From Chiloscyllium plagiosum (lineage: Eukaryota): a stretch of DNA of 48,350 bases. Shown here one piece after another: positions 24,541-36,150 of this stretch. The notes under the pieces are model-generated. The model saw nothing but the letters and a program-made list of their open reading frames with translations. It was not told the origin of the DNA and ran no database searches. Numbering within the stretch: the stretch's first letter is position 1; every line of letters starts with the position of its first letter. A program made the position numbers and the translations under genes. The stretch spans positions 37,148 through 85,497 of the forward strand of contig NW_025215291.1 of the NCBI RefSeq assembly GCF_004010195.1, given 5' to 3'.

Positions 24541-24619
24541 GGCCTGGTATTCAGACACAGATGGACTCAGGATCCCAGCAATTCCTACGCTGCCAAAACA
24601 CAGTAGAACCATCGAGCGA

Positions 24620-25045
24620 GTAAAGAGAAAACATCATCTTTTTTTTCTCTCACCTCTAACTTCACACTTGGAGATGTGCCATTCACCCAACAGTCACTGA
24701 TGCTAACATTCCACCCAGACCAAGTATTCTTGTGACATATAAGCGATGCAGTGAAAGAAGTTAAGTGGAGCTGTTTGTTCAGTGACAATGATTGATGTCA
24801 GTCTCCGTGGACCGTAAGTGTGTCACTGGACAGTTTCCCTCTTCGATAATTAGGGGGCTTCTTTGAACCTGCTATCCCATAGTGTCAGGAAAGGCGGCAT
24901 CCTCAATGTGATAGGGATCAGCAGCTCCAGAAAGACGGAGAGGAAGTTAATCTGAGTACAATAGACTGAAAGTTTCTAGCAGTTGATCCGAATCTGAGAA
25001 TATTAGACTGGAAAGTTCCAGCGTTGAACAGGAGTTTATCTGTTT
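24620..25045 (+). repeat. Unclassified dispersed repeat/paralogous segment (partner 46215-46675)
   Basis: Shared blocks tggagct.tttgttcag, tgattgatgtcagtct.cgtggacc.taa, gatcagcag.tccaga, atctgagaatatta.actggaa.gttcca. Confidence 0.8.
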
Positions 25046-25407
25046 ATTGCCCAGTCTGAACTAAGTGTGACTTCAGACCCAAAATAAAATAGTTGCCTCC
25101 ATGTTTTCTTGACAGATTTCCTCACAGTCAAGGGCAATTAGAATGGACAACAAATGCTGCCCTTGCCAGTGATGCTGACATGCCATGCTACAACAACATT
25201 GAAGGTTAAGTAAATCAAGGATCAATGTATAATGAAGATCTGAAATATAATTCTCCGGTGTCCGGAAGTACTGAAGAATCTCAAAAGGCATGGCAGCCTC
25301 TGTCATGAGAAAAACATAACTTTTCGAGTTCAGTGGCCCTATCAAAACTGAATGAAACTGGGTGCATGGGAGGTTTGTGTTGAATGGATGGAGAAATGTC
25401 TAGCAAA

Positions 25408-25456
25408 AGAGAGAGAGAGAAAGAGAGGGAGTGAGTGAGAGAGAGAGAAAGAGAAA
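25408..25456. repeat. (GA)n-rich microsatellite
   Basis: gagagagaga runs. Confidence 0.85.
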
Positions 25457-26384
25457 GGAAAACCCAACAAAAGGATTGTTGATGATGAACTAGAAGGAAA
25501 ATAGAACGAAAGGCTATTCCTGCCTTTCCCATATTCCTAAATGTCACGTCCATGTCGGGATGTCCCTGTTTAAAGTGAGTTATGTCCCCTCAGTGTCTAT
25601 TCTCTGAGTATGGTGATCAACTCCATCGGCAATAGTGGGGCTGCCCTGAAAGTTGCTGAGATATAGAGAAACGTAATGTTACAGTGTCAATTGCTTCTTT
25701 GGAGAGAGTAACTGCTACTGTGGGACTGTGCAGAAATGAAACAGCTTTCTTAGCCAGGAAACTGAGGAGCCGGAGATATTTTCAACACTGAATGGTTGCA
25801 CAATGGGTGTGGGGATTTGACTTGCTGCTGTCATTAGAAAGTCAGTGGACGTTCTGTGGATGGTTTGCTCAGGTCTGTTTTTACAGCTGCTGAGTTCATT
25901 CAGGGAGACCCGAGTGTCTGGTGACACCACTGTGGACACTGCATTTACGGAGTATCTGGATCCATGGGAAACAAATGGAGCGGAGACTACATAGAAGGGA
26001 AGCTCTGTTAACAGGGAGCAGCAGGGCACTGCAATTTCCTCCATGGGATTTCCAGGAACATTTTTCTCAGCTGGACCCATTCAGGTGTAAAGTGTTTCAA
26101 AAATGAGGTGCTCACTGAGATGTGTCCCCTCCTTCAGTATAACCTGTCGACTTACACCAGGGTTAGGACCGTGGTGACATGCACCATGAAGTGAACTCTT
26201 TCAATTCTGGTACTTTCCAGGCAGGAGTGAGTAATATATCCTCCATTGCTGAAGTGCAGCCCTCCGAATTATCACTAGCTGATAGATGCCACCTGCCTGC
26301 TGAGAGGACTGCTTTGGTTCCATCGCCACAGGGGAACGTATAGAAACTAACTTCCAGAAGTGATAGAGAACAGGGGGACTGATG

Positions 26385-27350
26385 GAAATGAGGAACTGCA
26401 GGAAATTAGGATCAATGAAGTGCATGCTTTTGGAAAAAAAAATGAATTTAAGTTTCATAAGTTGCTGCATCTGATGAGCTACATTCCAGAGTATTGAGGA
26501 GATAAGAACAGGGCGAGTGAAAGAATTACTGATTATTCTTCAAAGCTGGTTAGATTCTGGAAAGAATGCTGGAGATTGGAAAACAGCTATTGACAACCTT
26601 AATATTTAAAACAAGACGGAGAGGGAAAACAGAGAACTAAATAGCTTGATGTCAGAAACATTTTGGAACATTTTATAAGGAACGTGACAACTAGACACTG
26701 AAGAATAATGATATGATTTGGTAGAGTCGGCCTAGATTCTGAAAAGGGAAATTATATTTGATAAGCCTGTTTGTGGAGATTGTCCGCTGTGACAGCGACA
26801 ATTGAGAACCAATGGGAGAGGAGTAGTTCAATTTTTCGACGATGTTTGACATGGTTGAATGCAGGTGAGTGGGGAATGTTAGTGTCCATGGGTAGGTAGA
26901 GGTGGAATAAATACCATATGGATTAAAAAATTGGGTAATGGAGATACGAGAAGAATACTGTTTTTCACTGAACTGAAGGCTTGATGGGTGGCAGAAGGAT
27001 CAGTTTTTGGGCAGTAGCTGTTCACGAAGTATAAAGATGTTTCAAATGTGAACAACGAATATCATCATGTACATTTATGTTTATTAAATGGTGAGAGATT
27101 GGGAAGTGCTGTTATTGAAAAGGACCTGGATGTCCTTGGTCATAAGTCACTAACAAAATTATTCCAGGGCAGGAAGTAAATGATATGTGGCTCTCCATGC
27201 GAAATGATTGAAGTGCCAGAGTTAGTATGACTTTCGCACTGGTCGTGTTTTGTTGAGTGAGTATTTGGTTTGTCTGCTATATAAATAATGATCTCCATGT
27301 CACGGAGACAGTGTAAAGCAGATTTACCAGACAACACCCTAGCGTGATGG
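26385..27350 (+). mobile_element. Highly degenerate CR1 LINE
   Basis: ttagattctgg..ggagattggaaaacagcta; gaaggatcagtttttgggc; aaaggacctggatgtccttggtcataagtcac. Confidence 0.65.
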
Positions 27351-27811
27351 CACCATCAGGAGAGAGTGCAGTAACTATGTGTTTCATCTGTAGCGCTGTG
27401 AGAGAAGAAGAAGCTGAAACTTGATGGTTATGGACGGGCATTCATTCCGTCCCAAACAACTGAATAGGGTGAAAATTCCATTCGTTTCATAGGATGCTTG
27501 ATTCCCGATAGTTTACATGCATCCGCAGAGCCCACATGACGATTGACAGAGAGGTACAGGCTCTGAATGAACCCTGGACACTTGAATGCACAGTTACTGT
27601 GTGACACTGCATTGAATGTCACTTCGTACACAAACCTGTCAGCAGCCAAAATAACTTGATTCTGAAACAGTTTGTCATTCCCCACCAGCTTCTGACCTCC
27701 ATGGAGACCATGGGTCTGCCTTCTTGGAGAGGGAAGACAACTTGTAGAATGGTTTAAAACGATGGCTTCATTCTGACTGCCAGAAAACCATGTAAATGTA
27801 ACACTTATGTA

Positions 27812-27925
27812 CTAGAACATAGAGCATAGAACATAGAACATAGAACAGTACAGCACAGAACAGGCCCTTCAGCCCATGATGTTGTGTATACCATTGATCC
27901 TCATGTATGCACCCTCAAATTTCTG
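27812..27925 (-). mobile_element. CR1 3' tail with (catagaa)n terminal microsatellite
   Basis: tagaacatagagcatagaacatagaacatagaacagtacagcacagaacaggcccttcagccc. Confidence 0.85.
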
Positions 27926-28764
27926 TGACTATTAGTAATTAAGCTGTGTGGATCGATTTGCAGCAGTCTATCTGTGCAGATCCTGCTCCATTTATTTGCA
28001 ATATTACAACATCTCTGACAACTTCCTGTGCCTGCGTTAGTGGATTGAGAAACTGAATGATCCCTTTTAATGATTCTGGTTGTGAAATAGTCTATTTCTG
28101 ATCCCGTGTATGTGACGTGTGGGAGTAAGTAGATTCCTCCTCTTCCTATGTAATAGGCAGGGGGACTGAATGGGCTATTCCTGTTCTTGCCCAGTAGGTT
28201 TGATGGGCTGAGTGGCTTCCCCACATTCTTGTGAAACCAGATTGAGGTACTGAATGTGCTCCTCTATTTCCTGAGGAAATGTACATGAGTGTTACATGTT
28301 ACCCAGACTTTAACAGCACAATCTTGAATGTTGTCCAGGTCTAGTTGCACATGGACGCACACTCCTTCAAAAGCTGAAGAGGGACAGCTTGTTCTGAACA
28401 TGATGTAAACTTTAATGAATATCCCCACTTCTACTCAGTTTGGACTCAATTGTCTGAATGGCATCCTTCCACACTGCAGGGATTCCCCGCTGACAAACAG
28501 GAAATTCCCGGGCTGAGGGAGCTTCCCTGAGCCTCTCCTGCAGAGATGCCCCACGGTTGACATAATTGATGCCTAATAATGGTAAACATGAATGAGTCCA
28601 AACAGCGGAGAGTTTGCAACAGATTCACATTAAGTGCGATTTTGCTCAGGCTCCTTAATGTCATCTTCAGTTTAATACTGTCTTGAGTTCAGGGCTAGTC
28701 TCTCTTACCTGAGCCCCTGTGTTCCCTCTTTTGTTCATATCAATAGGTCATGGTGGAGAAGCAG

Positions 28765-29282
28765 ATAATGTTTTCTTCAAACAGAGGGTTGTGAATGTCA
28801 GCAATTCTCTTACACAGGTTAGGGGATCTAGATCAATGAAAGGGAGCAGTGGTGTTCGGCTGGGATCGGTTCTGGGACCTCTGCTCTTTGTTAATTTTAT
28901 AAATGACTTAGAAGTGGGTGTTGGAGAGTGGAATCTCAACGAGACATTGACAAGATGCAGAGTTGGGCTGAGACGTGGCAGATGGACTTCAAACCGGAAA
29001 AGTGTGAAATGATTCCCTTTGCAAGCTCGAATGTGAATACAAAATGCAAAATTAAAGTAGGATTCTTGGCAATGTGGAGGAACAGTGGGATCTTGGGGTC
29101 TGTGTCCACAGATCTCACAAATTTGCTATCGAAGCTGATGGGGTTGTTAAGAAGGCATATGTTGTGTTGGCTTTCATTAGCAGGGGGATTGAGTTTCAGA
29201 GCCATGAGGTTATGTTGAAGGTTTATAGAGACCTTGTTAGACCACACTTGGAATATTGTGGTCAGTTCTTCTCACGCGAATA
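28765..29282 (+). mobile_element. CR1 RT fragment (host of the Poseidon PLE; tail resumes at 31592-31740)
   Basis: [43 protein letters not shown]. Confidence 0.9.
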
Positions 29283-29320
29283 GACGTTTCGTCCCCTGTC
29301 TAGGTGACATCCTCAGTGCT
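29283..29320 (-). ncRNA. Minimal hammerhead ribozyme motif ending at the element boundary
   Basis: Reverse strand AGCA-CTGAGGA-T-GTCACCT-AGAC-AGGGGAC-GAAA-CG-TC. Confidence 0.7.
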
Positions 29321-29589
29321 TGGGAGCCTTCTGCGAAGCGTTTCTGTCATGTTTATAATGGTTTGAATCTGCCTCTTCCGTTTGGCAGTTGCAGCTGTAA
29401 GTTTCAGTTGTCGGTATATTGGGTCCAGGTCGATGTGCTTGTTGATAGAATCTGTGGATGAGTGCCATGCCTCTAGAAATTCCCTGGCTGTTCTCTGTTT
29501 GGCTTGTCCTATAATAATAGTGTTGTCCCAGTCGAACTCATGTTGCTTGTCATCTGCGTGTGTGGCGACTAAGGATAGCTGGTCAGGAT

Positions 29590-31591
29590 GATCCAGGTAA
29601 TGATTACAGATGCACACAACAGACTACACAAATACAGACAAAAAATTGCGCGCCAAAAATGTTTAAGTTCAAAAACCACCAATCAGGAATGGACCCGGAC
29701 CATAGAACAGACCGTCACCATAGGACAGAACAGGACTACACACCGCAAAAAAACAGGCACTAAAAGAAAAAATGGCCAAGCTAACACACAACAGACAGGA
29801 CACCACAACATATACATGGGTTAGAAACCTCTCCCACAGACAGCTCACAGACACGGAAGGAACAATACTGGCCAAGAGACTCAAGTATAACTACAGGGAC
29901 GCCAAGAAAGCAGAGTTCTGAGCAGCACTAGAATGCACACTCAGAAACAATGGACTGACAGAGGAGACACAACAAACAGTGAGACAAAGTATCGTACCCC
30001 TGATAACAAAGAAAAGACAAACACACAACCTCAACACCAATGAGAGGGACGCACTAAAAACACAAAGAAATGATAAGAACATAATCATACGACCAGCAGA
30101 CAAAGGCAGAATGACGGTCATCCTGAACAAAGCAGAGTACTTCCAGAAAGAGCAACAACTACTTGCAGATACCAACACCAATCAAAAGAGAGAGTTTGAC
30201 TCCACCCCACAGCTCACCAATAGGATAGACAACACACTGAGGAACCTGCAAAAAAAAGGACAAATAACCAGGTTTGACCTACAGAGAATAAAACATGAAA
30301 GCAACACCACCCCCAGATTGTATGGACTACCGAAAGTGCACAAGCCAGACATCCCACTCAGACCCATTGTATCGCTACCGGGGACACCATCACACAAACT
30401 GGCTAAGGAACTACAACAGAAACTGAAACACCTGATCAGCGGATCCAGACACTCTATACGGTCAATACAGGAATTCTTGGACATCTTCAGTAATATACAA
30501 AAAGACAAGGAAGAAACTATGGTATCATTCGATGCAACGGCACTGTTAACTTCTATCGACAAAACCCTAGCCAGAGAAACAATAGCCAACCTGCAGGACA
30601 TACAGAACAGACAACAAGACGGGGAACCTATCAACAAAGACTGCATACTCAAAATACTGGACCTGTGCCTCACAACACACTTCACATTCAACAACTAAAT
30701 ATGTGAACAAATCAACGGCGCACCCATGGGCTCACCCATCTCTGGACTCATAGCAGAAGTTGTAATGCAAATATTAGAACAAACAGTCTTACCGCAACCT
30801 CAACCCAAACTCTCGGTCAGATATGTCGATGACATCTTTGTAATCATTAAAGAGACAGAAATAGAAAACACACACCGGATCATCAACGCCACACTCACAG
30901 GAATCCGATTCACTAGAGAGGAAGAAAAAGACAACCAACTCCCATTCCGAGACGTGATGGTACAGAGAACACCGAACGGAGAATTCACCACAAAGGTATA
31001 CAGGAAAACCACACACACAGACCAAGTCCTGAACTACGAAAGCAACCACCAGAACACACACAAAAGAAGTTGCATCAAGACACTGTTCAAAAGGGCCACA
31101 ACAAACTGAAGTACACCAGAACTGCAAAAAGAAGAAGAAGAACACCTCTACAATGTATTCGCCAAAAACGGATACCACGGCAATTTCATCAACAGATGCC
31201 TAAGGGAAAGACAACGGAATGAGGGCATGCCACAACCCAAAGGACTAGCCACGTTACCATACATCAAGAACATGTCTGAACTGACAGCCAGACTACCTGC
31301 GACCACTAGGACTCATAACAGCACACAAAGCAACAGCCACTCTCAGACAACAAGTCACCAGGACAAAGGACCCGATACCCAGCATGAGCAAAACCAAAGT
31401 AGTGTACAAAATTCCATGCAAGGACTGCACAAATACTACGTAGGACAAACAGGAAGACAGCTAACGATCCGTATCCATGAACACCAACTAGCCACGAAAC
31501 GACATGACCAGCTATCCTTAGTGGCCACACACGCAGATGACAAGCAACATGAGTTCGACTGGGACAACAATACTTTTATAGGCCAAGCCAA
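29590..31591 (+). pseudogene. PLE reverse transcriptase plus GIY-YIG endonuclease, disrupted by stops/frameshifts
   Basis: PADKG; PRLYGLPKVHKPDIPLRPIVS; MVSFDA.ALLTSI; PMGSPISG; RYVDD; VYRK.THTD; VVYKIPCKDC..YVGQTGR.L..RIHEH. Confidence 0.95.
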
Positions 31592-31915
31592 GCCTATCCG
31601 AGAATCTTGGAGAGGCATATGGAAGAAATTGAAAGGGAGCATGTCGGTTAGTCTGATCTTCCAGTAGGATAAACGGGCGGCACAACATCGAGGGCTGAAG
31701 GGCCTGAACTGTGTTGTACTGTTCTTTGTTCTGTGTTATATGGATGTTCTCATAGAGGCGGGAGATGAGTTTTGACGTGACAGAGAGTTGAAAAGCTATG
31801 AAGACTTGGACAAGAAAGAAGATTTGAGAGCTAGAGCAGATCAGCCATTAACTTAGTGAAGGGCAAGGCAGGCTTGGGAGGTGAACGATCTGCCCCTGTT
31901 TCTGATGTTCTCACA
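31592..31915 (+). mobile_element. Two CR1 3' tails
   Basis: ggcacaacatcgagggctgaagggcctg..gtactgttct; gcagatcagccat..gcaggcttgggagg. Confidence 0.75.
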
Positions 31916-32309
31916 TTCTGTTGTTGGAAATTTAGTCGGTGTTATTTTCCTGGAAGGTGTGTTATTGAATCTTGCAGTCAGGGAGAGCTGAGGATTTTGT
32001 GAGCCATCTCGAGTCGACGTATGGGGGCGGTATTCATAGTGAAACTGGGTCGACAAAATTACCAACAAATGGAGCACACGTTACAGAGAGAAGAAGCTCT
32101 GTTTTAAGAGAAATGAGGGGCGTCTTTCATACCCAGCCTGGATTTTCCAATTAAATTTTCCAAACCTCACCAACCGTGCTGGACAGTCATGAGGGAGTGA
32201 ATGGTCTCCTCTGTTTCTGTGCACCAGGTGATAGCAGTTTGTGGCCACCAATTGCACTTGTCGAGCAGGTTTGAGGGGTTGAATGGAACATGGAAACGTG
32301 TGACTAAGG

Positions 32310-32525
32310 AGCAGGAGTGGGTCATTAGACACTTTGAGCCTTCCCAACAGACACTAAGATTATGACTGATCAAGTTGTGGTCTCAGCCTCACTTTCCTGT
32401 CAGTATCACATTAACCCTGACTCACTCTCTGTGAAATCTTTAACGAACTCAGCTGTGAATACTTGTAATCAGAGAGGCACCTCAGAGATCTGGTGAAGAG
32501 AATTCCCATTCAGAAAACCTTTTAG
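32310..32525 (-). mobile_element. CR1 3' tail fragment
   Basis: ggagcaggagtgggtcatt..aagattatgactgatc..gaagagaattccca. Confidence 0.6.
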
Positions 32526-32567
32526 AATTTTTCCTCAACCCTCTGATAGAGTCAGAGAATCATGCAT

Positions 32568-32863
32568 GCGGTGGCACGGTGGCACAGTGGTTAGCACTGC
32601 TGCCTCTCAGTGCCAGAGACCTGGGTTCAATCCCCGCCTCAAGCAACTGACTATGTGGAGTTTGCACATTCTCCCCGTGTTTGCGTGGGTTTCCTCCGGG
32701 TGCTCCGGTTTCCCCCCACAGTCCGAAAATGTGCAGGTTAGGTGAATTGGCTATGCTAAATTGCCCGTGGTGTGAGGTGAAGGGGAATGAGTCTGGGTGG
32801 GGGCGGGTCGGTGTGGACATGTTGGGCCGAAGGGCCTGTTTCCACGCTGTAAGTAATTTAATA
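32568..32863 (+). mobile_element. HE1/V-SINE-type tRNA-derived SINE, near full length
   Basis: ggcacggtggcacagtggttagcactgctgcc (A box), gggttcaatccc (B box), V-domain tgtggagtttgcacattctcccc, CR1-like tail; atcatg on both sides. Confidence 0.95.
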
Positions 32864-34280
32864 CATCATGGGAACTCAACCTTTTGTCCAAATTCTCCAT
32901 ACCGATCAGGCATCCTAACCTGATCTAGTCCCACTTGCCAACTTTTGGCCCATATCCCTCTGAAACATTCCTATATATGTATCTATCCAGATACATTTTA
33001 AACATGTAATTGGACTCACTTTCGCCACTTTCTCTGAGAGCACTTTCTGTGCACCCATCAGCCTCTGCATGAAAAACGTTCCCCTAAGGTACCTTCTAAA
33101 TCTATCCCCTGTCACCTTCCACCTATGCCATCTAGTTCTGGACTCCCCCACACTGGGAAAAAGATCTTGCGATTCAGACTATCCATACCCCTCAGGATTT
33201 TGTAAAGCTCTGTCCAGACCATACTCAGCCTCCAACAGTCCAAGGGAAAAAGCCTCAAACTGTTCATCCACTCCTGTAGCTCAAACCCACAGGTTCCAGA
33301 AAATCCTTGTAAATCTTTTCTGCACCTTCTGAAGCTTCAGAACATCCATACTTTAGCAGAGCTAACTAATTTGTAGGCAGTATTTTTAAAGTGGCCTCAC
33401 CCGCGTCCTGGGAGAAAGTGAGGACTGCAGATGCTGGAGATCAGAGCTGAAAATGTGTTGCTAGAAAAGCGCAGCAGGTCAGGCAGCATCCAAGGAACAG
33501 GAGAATCGACGTTTCAGGCATGAGCCCTCCTTCAGGAACTCCAACTCCTATACTTAATATTCTGAGTGATTAAGGCAGCTTGCCAACCACGTTCCTCACC
33601 ACTCTGTCTACCACAACTCCACAATCAAGAACTATGAACCTGCACCCAATAGGTCTCTTTGTTCAGTAACATTCCGCAGGACACTATCCTGCTTTAACTT
33701 ACGAAAATGCAAAACCTGACAAATATCTAAATTAAACTCCATCTGCCAGTCGTTGGCCCATTGATGGTCAAGGGTGCTGTTGTACTCTGAGATAATCTTC
33801 CTCACCGTCCTGTGTCCCACTTTTTTGATGTTACCTGTAAACTTAATAATCACACCTCTGATAATCACATCGACGTTGTTTATATACATGATGAAAAGCG
33901 CAGCATGATTCTTTCAGCAAACCACTGGCCACGCGCCTCCAGTCTGGAAAGCAATCCATTATCTTCAATCCAATTTTGTATCCAATTGGTTAGATTTTCC
34001 TGGATTCCATATGACATAACCTTAGTAATCTCTCTACACTGGGGAACCTTATTAATGGCCTTACTCAAGTCTGTGTAAGCAATGTATACCATAGTGCCTT
34101 CTTCAATCGTGTTTGTAACCTCTTCAAAGTACTCAATCACATTAATGAGTCATGATTTCCATCACACAAGGCCATGTTGACTACCCCTAATCAGTCCTTG
34201 TCTTTCTAAATGGATGTAAATCCTATGCCTCAGAATCTGCTCCAACAAACCCCTCTACACTGACGTTAGACTGACTTTGT
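32864..34280 (-). mobile_element. CR1 LINE RT to 3' end, interrupted at 33411-33538
   Basis: IEYFEEVT..IEEG....Y.DLSKA..KVP; WANDWQMEFN...CQVLHF; SRTR.HR.KV.G.RF. Confidence 0.9.
33411..33538 (-). mobile_element. Short stand-alone PLE terminus (hammerhead plus tail)
   Basis: Reverse strand ttcCTGAAGGAGGGCTCATGCCTGAAACGTCgattctcc..ctccagcatctgcagtcctcactttctcc inserted in CR1. Confidence 0.8.
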
Positions 34281-34561
34281 AAAACATTTCCTGTGTTTTT
34301 GGATCACTGATTCCTTTTCTCGTCCCTGTCCTTCACTGGCCACAAAAATAATAATGACAACTAGGTTGGTGATATGGCCAATGATATAGTTCTCAGAATG
34401 TGTCAAGATCAGTGTCAGGAACAAGTCAGGCAAATTTCTTCAATCTGCTAAAACAACACGTTTATCACCAAAACAAAATTACTCAAACTATGATGGAAAG
34501 AAGAATGAAGAAAGGATATCGCAAATTGTACATTGATATTTCCCTTTGAAAAATACTGTGG

Positions 34562-34562
<1 letters not shown>

Positions 34563-34608
<46 letters not shown>
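34563..34608. repeat. (AC)n microsatellite, ~23 units
   Basis: Pure AC run. Confidence 1.
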
Positions 34609-34611
<3 letters not shown>

Positions 34612-34739
34612 TATGTTTGTTAACAAAGTGAAAAGGAAAATATCTGCTAAGTTACCTTGAAAGAATGTTGTCTAAATATTATTCAAACTCATGACCAAAG
34701 GAAAAATGAGAGTTTGACCCAAATGCTGTTCTCTTTACA

Positions 34740-34980
34740 GAGCCATCAAATCCTACAACATGGAGAGAGCGCCTTTGGTCCCAAATGATCCAAATGTCCA
34801 CCCACAGTCACCCCATTTCCCAGCACTTGGCCCATAGATTCTCGCCCTTTCCTGTCCATGTATCTGTCCAAATGCCGTTAACGTGTTGTTAATATAAATG
34901 CTTTAACCATTTCTGCTGGCGGCTCATTCGCTTTGTGTACAACTCTCTGTGTAAAACAGTTTCCATAAGTTTACCTTTTA
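34740..34980 (-). mobile_element. CR1 3' end fragment
   Basis: cccatttcccagcacttggcccata..tatctgtccaaatgcc..ctctgtgtaaaa. Confidence 0.7.
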
Positions 34981-35130
34981 GCCCGCCTGATCCCTCGTTT
35001 AATACTGGTCCTACTCTTCCCATTTTCCTCCAGGGATATTGGCTGGGGCACTAATAGATATCTTTGTGGCACGGTGAAACACAGGCGAGCTGCCAGAGGA
35101 CTGGAAGCAGCTTATGCTGTACCCCTGTTC

Positions 35131-36150
35131 TTAGCTGCCTGGACCTTATAGACCCTTCCCTTTTCCTTTTGGTAGTCGTACGATTCCTCCTGTCATCCAC
35201 GGTTCACGAATCTTACCCTTCCTATCCTTTGCCTTCAACGTGACCTTCCTATCCTGCACGATCTTTAACCTGCCTTTGAAAGCCTCCCACACATCAAATG
35301 TGGACTTCCCTTCAAATATATGTATCCCAACCACATTTCCCAACTCCTGCCTAATTTTGATATAATTGGCCTTGGCCCAGTTTAATACTCTTCTCTTAGG
35401 ACCACTCTCATCTTTGTCTACGAGTATTATAAAACTTTCAGAATTGTGGTCACCGTCCGCAAAGAAATCCCCCACCACTACTTCTACCACCTGGCCTGGC
35501 TCATTCCCCAGTACCAGGTCCAATATGGCCCCTTCTCCTCGTCAATGTTGGGAAAATTAAAATCTTCCCCTCACCACTACCCTACTTCCTCTACATCTTT
35601 CCATAATCTATTTGTTCTTCTACCTTATGCTTACTGTTTGGTGGCCTGTAATACCGCCCCAACTTATTTCTCAGCACCACCCATAATGCCTCACTACTCA
35701 AGCTGTGCATAGTATGCTCCTTTAGCCGTGATATCATCTCTGACCAGCAATTCAACTCCAAACCGCCACCCCCCACCACACACACACACACACTTTTACT
35801 TCGCTCCCTCTCCTGTCTGAAACGTCGACAGCCTGGAACATTTAGTTGCCAATCATGCCCTTCCTTCAACCAAGTCTCTGTGATTGCAATAACGTCATAT
35901 GCCCAGGCACTAGTCCAAACCCTAAGTTCATCTGCCAACACTCCTTGCATTAAAGAAGATGCATTTCAGGCCACCAGCTCTTTTGCGCTCATCTGCTCTC
36001 TGCTTACTCTTCCCTTTATTCATATTATCTTCATGATTCTTACAGTCACCAGTCTCCACCTCGCTGCCTACTTGTTTTCACTTCTTCTGTCCTGCCACAT
36101 TAGTTTAAAACCTCCCCAACAGCAGTAGCAAAAGCTCCCCCAAAGATCTT
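35131..36150 (-). mobile_element. CR1 endonuclease/ORF2 N-terminal segment, inverted relative to the adjacent RT
   Basis: YDVIAITETWL..DWQLNVPG..FR..R; YYRPP; DLVLGNEPGQV..DHN; LNWAKANY; REPWMT. Confidence 0.9.

Larger units (their letters stand above)
29283..31591 (+). mobile_element. Poseidon/Penelope-type retroelement with inverted pLTR at the left end
   Basis: + strand RT and GIY-YIG ORF; minus-strand 29283-29588 duplicates the 3' end (85-bp inverted match 29499-29585 vs 31506-31591). Confidence 0.95.

Noticed and set aside
32568..32645. tRNA gene
   Set aside because: The A/B boxes are the head of a SINE followed by V-domain and LINE tail; the same applies to the other SINE copies
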